Positions 12,137 to 24,249 of a stretch of DNA of 64,000 bases are shown in pieces. The DNA is from Massalongia carnosa (lineage: Eukaryota). The translations under genes and the position numbers were made by a program. Below the pieces are notes generated by a model. The model worked only from the letters and a program-made list of their open reading frames with translations. It was not told the origin of the DNA and did no database searches. The DNA lies in assembly GCA_965645245.1 (NCBI GenBank), contig OZ287080.1:496001-560000 (forward strand), read 5' to 3'. Every line of letters starts with the position of its first letter. Position 1 is the stretch's first letter.

Positions 12137-14454
12137 GTTAGGTATTCGCTTTACTGTCTTAACAAGCAACCCTTTAAATTCGTACAACAATGAGATTAAA
12201 TTCAGCTTCAATAAGAGGTTTACGATTGACTCAGGATCAGATGAACTTGAGTGAACTGAAGAGATTCATTGCCAAGAACCCTAGGCAAGAAATGTTTGAT
12301 TCTGCAATAGCGTCAGCTGGCATCCCTAGCTCACAAACCAATGACGATGAACACGCAGCAAGGGCCCAGATTTCTCCATACAACGAATATTATCCGGGGC
12401 ACATTGCATGTCCGCGATTTGGAGGCTAAAGTTTCTACTGGAGGCATACCTTCTTCCAGGGAGGCCTCATGTGGAATAGTCCACACATTTCAACTTTACA
12501 TTTTCACCAGCATCATGGCCAATTCATACACTGTCACTCAACTATCATCATCATGGGCAAGACAAAGCGGGCATGATAAAAAGACCAGTCATTCCGTCAT
12601 TCTCATCCGATCGTGACCTTCCTCCAAACTTAAAACCCCATCTGAATCGGAATTCGATGGGCCGATTGTCAAAGACCAGCTTTTCGCGTCGAAGGTTGAG
12701 GTCCTCAGTCGGCGTGGTGCACCACCACATCTCATATTCATCATCAACCTCGAACCAGCGATGACTTCTACAGCCTTTCCGAGCATCGAACAACTGATGC
12801 AGATAATAAAGTTGAATGGCTGATTATCTCTGAAAGATACAGCGAAGGGCTTGCAAGCTGAGGAGTTCGGAAGAAAACAAGATAACTATAGAGAGACTGA
12901 ACACCCGAGTAAGGGTGAGGCCAAGGATCATTACACCGCACTCTGCTCAGATGAGAACGGCAAATACATTTCTACAGAGCACTTCACTAAGGAGTGGAAG
13001 AAGGGGAGATGATGCTAATGCTATGGTTCAATACACGATTGTTAGGAGTGTTTGGGGTGAAGTCGCTCGTTATCAGTCAGCGAAATTATATGGCGATGTT
13101 CTCTGCGTGGAGTTGTTAGTGTGTTAGTATTGATAGTAATTGAGCGTAATCCAACAACTTCACTCAAATGCTGAATTTTAGAACAATTCAGGGGCATCAA
13201 TATCGCACTCGTTCATTTAAGTATTCTTCCATCGTATCACGTATAACAACATCAAGGAATCAACTGAGAATGCCCTCAACAAGTTCACAGGACCCACTCA
13301 TAAAGAAACTTTGGCGCTGACTCAGGCCCGAACGGTAAATCTAGCGGTTAGGAGCTATTTGTACGACATAAACGCCGCAGACTTTCCAAGGAATAGATTT
13401 TTCGAAGTGCTGGGTAGATATACAGAGTATAATTGCTGGTTTCATCCAAGTAAGCGCGGTGTAATGACCCTTATCCTCATTCAGCTTTCCTTTGTTCTAA
13501 ATTTTGTGTTTCCGATCTGAACCATGTTTTGACTTTTGGTAGACTTCTGGCAACTTGTTCTTGAGGTTTTTCTGGGATTTCTACATTCCTGACTCTTCTT
13601 CTCCTTCCTTGTCTTCCATATTTCTTGAACGTCAACTATCATTACTTGGTCGTTTCTCAATTCTTTGACCCTGATTCATCTCCCCACCCCAATCGCATAA
13701 CCCTTCTCTAATATCTCTTTAATTTTTTTTCTATGACAAGCCGGAAAGACACCAAAACAAGGAGCGAAGATTTGAACTCCATATGTTAGAGGAGAGAAGG
13801 AAAAGGATAAAAAAGGTACTTTGAAATAGTAGCTAATGATGAAGAAAATAGAAGAATTCGAGAAGGAGGTGGAGTGTGAGATAGAAAGATGGATATTTAG
13901 ATATAGCCACAAAGAGGGAGAAAGATAAAGCGGGAGCTATCATAGTTAGGGATAGGCTTACTGACCAAGAGGGATACATGAAGATAATTGACGTCACGAT
14001 CGAATAGGGGGCATGGGAATAACGAATGAAAGATGTAGTGGTGAATTCTGGTTATCGAGTCATTCCATTTCACTTATTACCTTTTCCCTTTCCCCTCAAA
14101 CCAACTCATCCCATTTGTCGCCAGACAAAAAAAAAAGAAAGCAGAATGACAAGCGAGACGCCCAGAAGAGCTGAGTGATTGCTTCTGTATCTACAGCGCG
14201 CTCTAGAATATTCTTGCCTTGGCCTAGCTAGTGTCTTATCGACGTTGTGCTGTATATGTAGGATGCATAGGCATACCACAGTGCGTGAATGATTGTGTTC
14301 CTGAACAGCACATTGACTTTTGCTAAACGAAAATACTTTGCAAGAAGAACCGATACTCTATCAATTGACGAGATGTTAAGAGAACAGAAACACAACGCTA
14401 GTCTTTCGTTGGTCTTTCGTTGGTCACCAGGCGCGAGTCACAATTTATTTCAGC

Positions 14455-14518
14455 GTCCAAGAACTAAGAAACGTATCACGATTATAGTCCAAGAACTAAG
14501 AAACGTATCACGATTATA
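14455..14518. repeat. Perfect 32-bp tandem duplication
   Basis: GTCCAAGAACTAAGAAACGTATCACGATTATA at 14455-14486 and 14487-14518. Confidence 0.95.
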
Positions 14519-14776
14519 ATGACCCCGATGGGATATGAACTCTAGTGGTATTTATTCCATTTGATTGCGGGGTCTGCATGCGCAGCTTCTCGATATGTAG
14601 CTGTGCAGCATAATGTGAAACCGCAGAGGTATCCCCCTCTCATCTGATCGGCGACGCTGGATGATGCTGACTACAGAATTATTCGGGATGAAACTAGATC
14701 TAATTCATTGAATACATACGGAGAGGCCTCGTGCACATAAAGTGCCACTCTAACATCACTTTGATTCTAAAGCGCA

Positions 14777-15879
14777 ATGCAATCTCCAAAAGCCAATGTG
14801 CCTCTTGTGAGGGATCTAAACGTCGATAATATCACGGAGAACACGATTGCGATTAACTCGCAAAGCCCAAATCCTCGCCTCAACTACGTTCTGGAGAGGC
14901 TGGTCAGTCACCTGCATGATTTTGCACGGGAGACACGTCTTAGCACTAAAGAATGGAGGGCTGGTCTCGAATTCTTGACAGAAGTTGGTCAGAAATGCAC
15001 TGATGTTCGGCAGGTAGGCTAGGGATGTGATCCAAAATGGATATTTCTATTACCTAAGACTAGCGCTAGGAATTCATTCTCCTCTCAGACATTTTAGGTC
15101 TGTCAGTTCTGATCGATGCAATTAATCATCCTAAACCGCCGCACTCTACCGAAGGCTCAGTCCTTGGCCCGTTTCATTCCCATGAGGCGGAAGATATTCG
15201 AAACGGGGGAAGCATCTCTCATGACACTAAGGGCGAGCAATGTCTCGTAATTTGTTCCGTCAAGGATCCCGAGGGCATTCCAATTGAAGGAGTAAAAATC
15301 GATATTTGGGAAGCCGATTCGGCCGGGCGCTACGATTTGCAGTATGCCAACAGGAAAGGGCCTGATGGTAGGGGTGTCATGAGTAGCGATAAGAACGGGC
15401 AATTTTGGTTCACAGCCGTCAAGCCAGTCCCATATCCAATTCCAGCTGACGGGCCTGTGGGAAGGCTCCTGGAGACTTTGCATCGGCATGCGTACAGGCC
15501 CGCGCATATACACTTTTTGTTTGAAAAGCCTGGATATGATAATTTAGTCACGCAAGTTTATTAGATTTGGCTCCTCAACTATTGCTGATGCTAATCTATG
15601 GTTTCTAGGGCCCTTTATCTTCGAGGGGATCCTCATGAAAAATCGGATGCTGTGTTTGGTGTGAAAGACTCTCTTCTTGTAGATATAAATGCAGTAGACG
15701 AAGAAATAGCGAAAAAGTATGGTGTAGACCCCGGCACGTTGCTGCTGGAATATGGCTTTGTCCTGATCACAGAAAAAGAAGCCAGCAACCTGCGAGATCA
15801 GAAATCCGAAAAAGCTTTGGCGGGCTTGGGCCGAAAGATGATGTTAGTAAATGGACTTCCTGTACCAGAAGTGGATTAG
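14777..15879 (+). CDS. Intradiol ring-cleavage dioxygenase (hydroxyquinol/catechol 1,2-dioxygenase-like)
   Basis: Exons 14777-15013, 15070-15551, 15609-15879; the second intron is GC-AG. Motifs HLHDFARETRLS, RQ/EFILLSDILG, GRYDLQY, PVPYPIP.DGPVG, RPAHIHF and SDAVFGVK. Confidence 0.92.
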
Positions 15880-16522
15880 GTGAATCAAAACCAACAAGCT
15901 TCGGATTCTTGATGGATCGATCAACCAAAGCTGCATTGTTTGTCTGAGAAGGTCCGAAAATGAAGAATTACCAAAACATTTGCAGATGGGTTTGGATTCT
16001 TGAGGCAGAAACATAATGTTTTTCTTTGCACATTTTACAATGATTCATATAATAAGTCTTAGATCGTCTATAACGAATCCGGTTTCTGGTGGTCCATCAC
16101 AAAATCGATAACTCCATGTCTGACTTTCGTCTCACTTTTGGAATCTTGAACATTTCTTATATCCTAGGTTTCATGCCTTTTACGTTATTTCTCTTAACAA
16201 GAGCTATGGTTAATCAAAGAAAGTGCCGGGCCTCACTAGATGTATTTTCTCTTTTCAAACATAAGACCAAGTAAAGACTCCTGATGCAACTCTAGTGTAG
16301 CATCAGCCCACTCAGCGCAAGCGATCATTTGTACACTCTTCAGCTACTCACCGAGGCCAATCTCAAGCTCATAATAAGGATCAGTTACAATTGGCTCGGG
16401 GGGTCGTTCACAACAGGAGAAGTCGTCAACAGCGCCAGCGACCGAATCTGACAAAGATTGGCCGTTTCATTCTACTCTTTCCCTAACAAATGCGATGATA
16501 TAAGAGATGGAAGAACTATGGC

Positions 16523-17008
16523 ATGCCTCGCCGACCCCTCAAGGCCGCTTGCTTCCTGAGTTTTTTGCCTCCTTGTTTGTACCTTACTTACCTCTTATTT
16601 TCTCTAACCCTAGCGGCCATAGTAAACGCTAACCCTACAAATGTTGTCAAGCAAACTTTAGACCTCACTTATAAAAAGCGCAACCCGCCTCTTGGCTGCG
16701 TCGCCCTGAATGACAGCGGCGACCACTGTCAAGGCATTGGTGACGGAATACCCATCTGTGCCATCGTCAGCTGCGGCAAGTTAGGAACTTTTGGGTACGA
16801 CTGTATCGGCGGCTGCAGCCGTTGCGCCTGCGCCAACAGCGGAAAATACGCCGTTGCTTGCCCGGATGACGTGAGAGCTCCAAATGGAATGTTGTGCAAA
16901 AATGTCTGCTATGATTGTGTTTACACCTTACCGGCGTGTCTCTTTAGCGGACAGGGGTGGGAAGCGGAAGCCCTCCGCCCGGAGGTCCAGATGGGGAAGA
17001 GTAAATAG
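16523..17008 (+). CDS. Small cysteine-rich putative secreted protein (pre-pro), unknown function
   Basis: Intronless 161-aa ORF. Hydrophobic segment LYLTYLLFSLTLAAIVNA, a KKR dibasic site, then 13 Cys in about 80 residues. TATA-like TATAA near 16498. Confidence 0.6.
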   Translation: MPRRPLKAACFLSFLPPCLYLTYLLFSLTLAAIVNANPTNVVKQTLDLTYKKRNPPLGCVALNDSGDHCQGIGDGIPICAIVSCGKLGTFGYDCIGGCSRCACANSGKYAVACPDDVRAPNGMLCKNVCYDCVYTLPACLFSGQGWEAEALRPEVQMGKSK

Positions 17009-17275
17009 GGGCTCGGTTAGGAGATTTGCATATAGGCTATACTTGAGTTCCGCTTATGAACTCCGTAGCGTTGCTTTTCTGGTCACTTGAGCAATCTTTT
17101 AGAAGATAAGAGTTATTTTTTGGTTCCGAGCGAAGAAGAATTGAATGGCGGAGTAATTTTCGGGGTGTCGATACCAACTTGCTGTCGCTTTAGAAATTCT
17201 TCATTCTGATTGGCTCCGAATCTAAAAAAGTATATTAATGCCCATCTTGTCTTCCCTGATTCTGCGCAATCAATC

Positions 17276-20200
17276 ATGACTGAAAGCCGGCCTGGGGGGT
17301 AAGTCAAACATATCCTACACTTCCACTAAAGCAACTTAAGCTAATAATACGAACTCCTATAGTCACAAGCGTGCTAAGTCTGCTCTGGCATTATCAATAT
17401 TACACCGAGATCGATCCAAGAATGAGGAGAATATCGATGATGATGCATTAAGTGTTCCTGGATCAGACGTTCCCTCTCCCACCGAATCCCCCACGGCCGG
17501 TGCACCACCTTCCCATCATTCCTTTACTCACTTACGCTCTACACGTCACAAGCTTAGAACTTCGGGCAATCCGACACAAGATAGGAGTAGCCTTGAAACG
17601 ACAACTCCAGGTAGTGCTACAATTAATCGTGATGCCACCTCCAAGACTAAAGATGTTGCACCTACCATCGAACAGTCCGTTAGGATGTTCAAGTTCTTCG
17701 AGGTGCTACGAAGCGGAGACGGTGTGGCAATCGCCAGAGCTGTCAGAGAGACCTCGGAGATACCTCCGATCAACGAAGATGTGCAAGCTTCGAAGACTTC
17801 ATCTGGCCCGCTAGAAGGGACGACTTTATTACATCTGGCTATACAATGCGCAGATCCCCCAGTGGTAGAGCAAATACTCTCCGTGGCAAAATCTGCGCCC
17901 GGTGTCATAATTGACATCAATGCTCCTGATCGCGATGGAAACACGCCGCTACATCTTGCATCAATGCTTGGGAGAGCTTCGACCGTTCGAATTTTGTTGG
18001 AACACCCTGAAGTCAATGATTCTCTTACAAATTACCAAGGCCGTTCTCCGTTGGATTTAGCTCGCACTCCCGAAATATTTCAGCGACTACAGCTTTCCCG
18101 TTCAATCTTCATGGATATCAAAACCAAGGAGATCCAGGCCTTGGTAAATGAGAAAAATTACGAGGAGCTGGAGAAGTTTCTCGAAGATTCGCATGTGGAG
18201 GCAGTGATTGACGTGAATAGTGGAGAGCTTGCAACCGATCCAAGCACTGTACAGAGCGGCGGGACACTCCTGCATGAGGCTGCTCGAAACAGAGATATCA
18301 AATTAATTCAATTGCTATTATTACATGGAGCTGATCCCTTTCAGCGAGACCGCAGAGGAAAGCTTCCTCAGGATATTACCAAAGATGAACGCACACGCGC
18401 TATTCTCAAAAAATCACCAGCGGCTGCAGCAGCTCAAAGAGGCATTCAAGAACGAGCCGTGTTGGGCAATCTATCGTCTCCGACAGCGGATAATTCACCT
18501 GGTGGTAAGGATGGACGAGAGATGAAGGGTTATCTGAAGAAATGGACGAACTATACGACCGGGTATAAATTGAGGTGGTTTGTGTTAGAGGATGGTGTGC
18601 TAAGTTACTACAAGCATCAAGGTATGCCAGACGATGATTTCCTATAAGTTAAGCTGATCATTCGCAGACGATGCGGGTTCGGCCTGTCGTGGTGCTATCA
18701 ACATGCGAATTTCAACGCTATACATGGACCCTCAGGATAAAACGAGGTTTGAGATTCAAGGCAAGTCCTCCGTCAAGTACCACCTCAAAGCGAACCACAT
18801 TGTGGAGGCCAAGAGATGGTTTTGGGCTTTGAACAATGCTATCCAATGGACTAAAGATGAAGCGAAAGAGGAGGAAAAGCAAAAGCAACGAGATGCAGAC
18901 ATCCTACGCCAAGCCAAGTCCGGAATTCGAGACTCGGAGCCAGACATAAATAGACTAGGAGGCAAAGGCTTGACCCCTGCCGCCTCGATTGGCGCACCAT
19001 TAAGTACAGCGCCTTCGGGAGTCTCGATTCAAGATTCCCTGTATGCGCCTGCAATTGTCATTAGCGACGAGGAGGGTCCAGCCTACGAATTAAATGATCC
19101 CAGCATTCGCGCACATGATATTTCCCGATCCATTAAAAGTGCGAAAGAAACTGCCATACCGTGTGAGAGGGATGATGAAGAGTTTGGCGATGATGTGAGC
19201 AGTCATGAGGTTCAGCCCGCGGGCAAAGACGCCTTCAACATTACTGCTCATTCTGCCAGCTTACAGTTGAGCCTCCTTGCGCAGGTTTCTGCCGCCTTGC
19301 AAGCAGAAACTTTGAAAGAACCTGCTGTGTCTATCAACGACCCTTCGGTAATGCAAGCTATCTCAGCGTATGAGGCTGCTGTCCGTAGCCTGCAAGGTCT
19401 GGTTGGTGACTTGCTTAAGATTTCCCGTGACCGAGATGCGTATTGGCAGTATAGACTCGATAGAGAGGCGGACATTCGACGACTATGGGAGGATAGCATG
19501 GCTCGGGTCGCCAAGGAGCAAGAGGAGCTCGAGGGTAGGATTGGGGAATCAGAAGATAAGCGCAAGCGCACAAAGAGGGCACTTCGTGAGGTTTTGGAGT
19601 CCTCAGCGACGGTTCAGAGTCGGCCTGAAAGCAGAGGAGTTTCCCAAGAGCATATACAAATAGCTGAGGACCTTGAGACTATCCAAATTAACAAAAGTAA
19701 CATAGCTTCAGTTCGCCAAAATTCTCTAGGATTTCGCGGTAGAGGAAGAAGAAAGTCCACGATCGCGGATTTAACCAACCTTTCCGACTCCGATGAAGAA
19801 GAAGACGAAGAATTTTTCGACGCCATAGATTCTGGCGAGGTTGAAGTCGTGGATAAAATGCCACATTCTGAATCAAGCCTCTCCGCGCTTGCTGGGGAGC
19901 GGGAACGTCAAGAATCGTCTGTTGATGTTCGAGAAGCGAAAAGGGCAGAAATCATGCCTTCTTTTAAGGGATATGAGGATCCCGTACGCAAACGATTAAA
20001 GATGGATGCGGATGACAGGCCAAAGATTTCACTATGGGTAGGAACTATCCATACATTCCTTGATCAGACCTAACGGAACGAGCAGGGTATCCTTAAGTCT
20101 ATGATTGGGAAAGATATGACGAAAATGACGCTCCCTGTTTCATTTAACGAGCCAACGTCGCTGTTGCAAAGAGTAGCCGAAGATATGGAGTACACCGATT

Positions 20201-21287
20201 TGCTTGATACTGCAGCTGATCGCGGTGACTCAGCAGAAAGAATGGTGTACATTGCTGCGTTTGCTGCAAGCGAATACGCATCGACCATTGGCCGCGTTGC
20301 CAAGCCATTCAATCCACTTTTGGGGGAAACCTACGAATACGTTCGGCCCGACAAGGGCTATCGCTTCTTTATCGAGCAAGTTAGCCACCATCCTCCCATC
20401 GGTGCGGCGTGGGCTGAATCGCCAAAATGGGATTACTATGTACGTATCCTTGCAAGAGGACTCTCGGAAGACTAAATTTTTGTTAGGGCGAATCAGCCGT
20501 AAAGTCCAAATTCTATGGTAAATCCTTCGACATCAACCCGCTCGGTACTTGGTTTCTCAAGCTTCGTCCAGCGTCCGGCGGCGAGGAGCTTTACACTTGG
20601 AAGAAAGTGACGTCCTCGGTCATCGGGATCATCACTGGTTCCCCTACGGTCGACAACTACGGCCAGATGGAGATCAAGAACTGGACAACTGGCGAAATTT
20701 GCTTGCTTGACTTCAAACCGCGCGGATGGACAGCATCATCTGCGTATCAAGTCAACGGTAAGGTTATTGGCGCAGATGGAAAGACTCGATGGAGCATTGG
20801 TGGTCGGTGGAATGATAAGATCTACGCGCGACTTACCCCTGGTTTCGAAGACTCGGTCTTAGCTCCCGGTCAATCCAAAGCTTACGAGTCGGGTTCCACC
20901 CAAGCCTTTTTGGTTTGGGAAGCCCATCCACGGCCGACTGGTATTCCATTCAATCTTACTCCCTTCGTCGTCACTTTCCAATACCTTCCGGATAATCTCC
21001 GTCCCCTATTGCCCCCCACCGACACTCGTCTGCGCCCCGACCAGCGTGCAATGGAGGATGGCGAGTACGAGCTAGCCGCAAGCGAGAAGAACCGCGTGGA
21101 GGAAAAGCAACGTGCGACCAGGCGAATCCGGGAAGCCAAGGGAGAGGAGTTTGTACCGAAATGGTTTACCAAGGGAAAATGCGAGACGACGGGTGAGGAA
21201 TATTGGGTTTCGAATGGAAATTACTGGCGGATAAGGGATGATTTTGGTAAGGGAGGGAACTGGGAAGGAGTAGAGGAAATCTTTTAA
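17276..21287 (+). CDS. OSH1: Oxysterol-binding protein, Osh1/Osh2-like (ankyrin + PH + FFAT + ORD)
   Basis: Exons 17276-17298, 17363-18621, 18668-20037, 20086-20439, 20487-21287. Ankyrin repeats (GNTPLHLA), PH domain (GYLKKWTNY...RWFVL), FFAT motif EEFFDA and OSBP signature EQVSHHPP. Confidence 0.93.
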
Positions 21288-21620
21288 GACGCTCTAAATA
21301 TAAGGCTTCTCTATCTCTGGGTCTTCCGGTTGACAGGGGATGGTGAGACGAAGATAGTTTGGGAGGGGGAGGGGGAGGGGGGAAGTGGATTATGCCAGAG
21401 GCGTATATTAAGTGTATGTTTTAGTTGTGTATCAATGTACATAGGATGGTTATACCCTTACGATGACTGATGGCCAGAGAGATAGGTACATACCGAGGTA
21501 CAGAGAACTTAGGACAACTTTCTTTCGGTTGGTTGTAGAAATATCGTGTCTTGTATTAGTATATCCACCAGAAGCAACCTTCGCTCTTCACCTCCATCAT
21601 TTAAACCAGAGGCTCCAACC

Positions 21621-22848
21621 ATGAAACGTCTCTGTACATTATCTTCATCACTTTCTCTCTGCACATCCCATCGGACATTACCTCTCGTCATCCGAGCAAC
21701 CTCTCATGCCCTCCATGTCTCTTCCCCTAATAATGCAGTCCCGCTTCCAACCACAGCTACAGGCCCTCCACCCGCCGCTCCAGTTTCTGCCAATGACGAG
21801 AAGATTATACGTCGGCAACGACAGGCTGAGTTACTACGCCACGTACGTGATAGCCAAGTGAAGCCGGCCAGCGGATTGAAAAAGCGATTTTGGAAGGACG
21901 TAAGCGTGAAGACGGATTCTGGTACCTTTTCCATCCGACAAACCATTGCTTCTAGATGTGCGCTAAATTTTCTTTTCCTCTCTAGAAGGAACCCATACAA
22001 TATACCTTGACACTCGCGCTGTCCGCAATCCCAGCACGAAAAATCCCCTACCAATCCCCCATTCAAAACCTCACCTTGCCACTGCCGTCGCCGTCGAATG
22101 GGACCTCCTTACCTCCGCCCAAGACACCCTCCGCACTCACCTTCTACCATTGACCTCCATCACCTCCCGCGCCCATGACATATTGCAGGAAGAACATCCC
22201 AATGCCCCTACCCGCAGCACAAGAACCAGAGATGAAATCGTCACCTCCCTCCTCTCCTACCTCAATACCGATACCCTCCTCTGCTGGGCGCCGCCATCTT
22301 CTACCTTCCAGCAAAACATCAACGGCGCCTTCCAGTCCCCGCCGCCCACCCTCCGCGACTTGCAAATCCGCGTCGCGAAACCTATCATTGAGTTCCTAGC
22401 TACCCACGTCTGGCGCGCCGTTGAGCTCGTGCCGGCGCTGAATCCTGACTCCATCCTGCCCGTCAGCCAACCCGCGGCTTCGCAATCCATCATCCGTGGA
22501 TGGATCCTCGGACTCGATGCGTGGGAGCTGGCTGGACTAGAGCGGGCCACCTTGGCGGGGAAGAGCTTGCTGGTGGCAACTAGGCTGCTGGTGGAGTGGG
22601 CGGAAGGATTTCGGGAGATTCGGGAGCGAGCGCGGCAGCGGCAGTCGAGCGGTGAGGAAGGTGAAGATGGGGCAAGTGCGGAGGGGACAAGGTTTGGTAT
22701 TGAAGAGGCGGCCGAGGCGTGCAGCGTGGAGGTGCGGTGGCAGACGGGGAGGTGGGGAGAGGTGGAGGACACGCACGATGTGGAAAAGGAGGATCTGCGG
22801 CGGCAGTTTGGGAGTGTGGTTGTGCTTGTCAGCGGCTCGGGGGGGTGA
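21621..22848 (+). CDS. ATP12: Mitochondrial F1-ATPase assembly chaperone
   Basis: Exon 21621-21921, intron 21922-21985, exon 21986-22848. Presequence-like N-terminus, KRFWKDV, LDTRAVRNP, LATAVAVEWD, YLNTDTLLC and WQTGRWGEVEDTHDV. Confidence 0.9.
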
Positions 22849-23595
22849 GATATCTTTTCCCGAAGGTGGAGTTGTAGGGGATTGAGATGCGAATAGAGCC
22901 GTAAGATTTATTACAATCCCCCTTCGAGAAATTGATGATACTTGCTATGCGAGGACCAGCTGAGTGGTTATGCTATTGACAGGCTGCATTCCGAGCCACT
23001 CTTAACTTGTGCTCTTCCCCCATCTTCTTGGTTGTTCCTTTCTCCCCCCCTCCTGTCCCCGCTCTACCCCTTCCCCTATGAATCCTGTCTGAAAAACAAT
23101 CTCTACGGTCGAGTTCTTCTTTCATTTCATTTCTTTTCTTTCTTTCTTTTTACGATTATCAATGGATTAGGAGCGGGACGGTTCGATTTTCTAGGATCGG
23201 TTGAATAGGTTCTTGAACGGAGGGATGAGTATCATTCCCCTAACTGTAACGGGGATGCAACGGTATAATACCTAGGTTTCATCCAGCCTATTAGTTGGCT
23301 GAAAGGCATTTTCTACGGATAGGAATTAACCGTGGTTTTATATAGACTGCTGTTTATGTCGGGGTTAGACTCTAGGCCTCTAGGGGCCACTTAGATGGAT
23401 GGGTTTGTGGTATTACTCTCGTTTCTCGTTTCTCGTTTCTCGTTCTCGTTCTGGTTTTCTTTTTTTCTTTTCTTCTTTTTCTACTTCTTCCTTTATCGAC
23501 ACATACATTTTAATTTCCATTCGCTCTATTTAATTAATGTACATCCCTGCTAATCTGGTCAATGAGTTTAATTTATCTATCTTTCTATCATTTCC

Positions 23596-24242
23596 CCACC
23601 ACAGAACGCATCAAGGAACGCTGGGACTCCAAATGGAAGACGTACCAGAACCGCATTCCCCGCCCGACAGAGGCACAGTTGGGATCTCTCAGTAGGACGA
23701 GACTGAAGATTCACAACAACCTGATGAAAGCGGAAAGCGCGCTAACCACGCAAATCCGCACCGAAAAAATAGGCTTGGCAAACTTCCTGTTCAATCGTCG
23801 GGTACCGGGCGTTATGACCCCCGCCTGCTCGTGCGGATGGCAGAAGCAGACAGCCAAACACATTATTCTACATTGCAGGCTAATCGACGGCAGATACGAA
23901 GTGCTAAAACAAATAGGCACCAACGACTATCGAACGATCATGAACTCGTCGAAAATGTTGAAAAAACTAACCACATGGATAATAAAAGCAAATTTGCTGA
24001 CCCAATTTTCACTAGCATCGCAACTGTTATACGAGTGATAACTCTCATTTTGTCAAGGATTTCACAGAACATCGAGCGAAGAATGCAGTCCAGAATCGGA
24101 ACACGTTTGGGATAATGGCGCAGTCTGCATGGTTTTTATCCCTTTAAAAGGTTTTCCCTGTAAGAATAAGTAGATAGCCCGCATGGGCCGGCCTTCGGCC
24201 GGTGTCAGATCGGTACAAGAATCAATCATCATCATCATCATC
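23596..24242 (+). mobile_element. 5'-truncated non-LTR retrotransposon (LINE, Tad1/I-like) 3' end
   Basis: ORF2 C-terminus QIRTEKIGLANFL...CSCG..QTAKHIILHC (CCHC finger), stop at 24038, 3' UTR with a GC hairpin, and an (ATC)6 tail at 24225-24242. Near-perfect TSD TCTATC(a/t)TTTCC at 23584-23595 and 24241-24252. Confidence 0.85.
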
Positions 24243-24249
24243 TATCTTT

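Noticed and set aside
22257..22772. Long antisense ORFs over ATP12, CDF, AA9 and laccase
   Set aside because: Shadow ORFs expected opposite GC-rich coding sequence.
23245..23416. Solo LTR starting TGTAAC
   Set aside because: No terminal CA or TSD; a similar candidate at ~52316-52464 also lacks a TSD.
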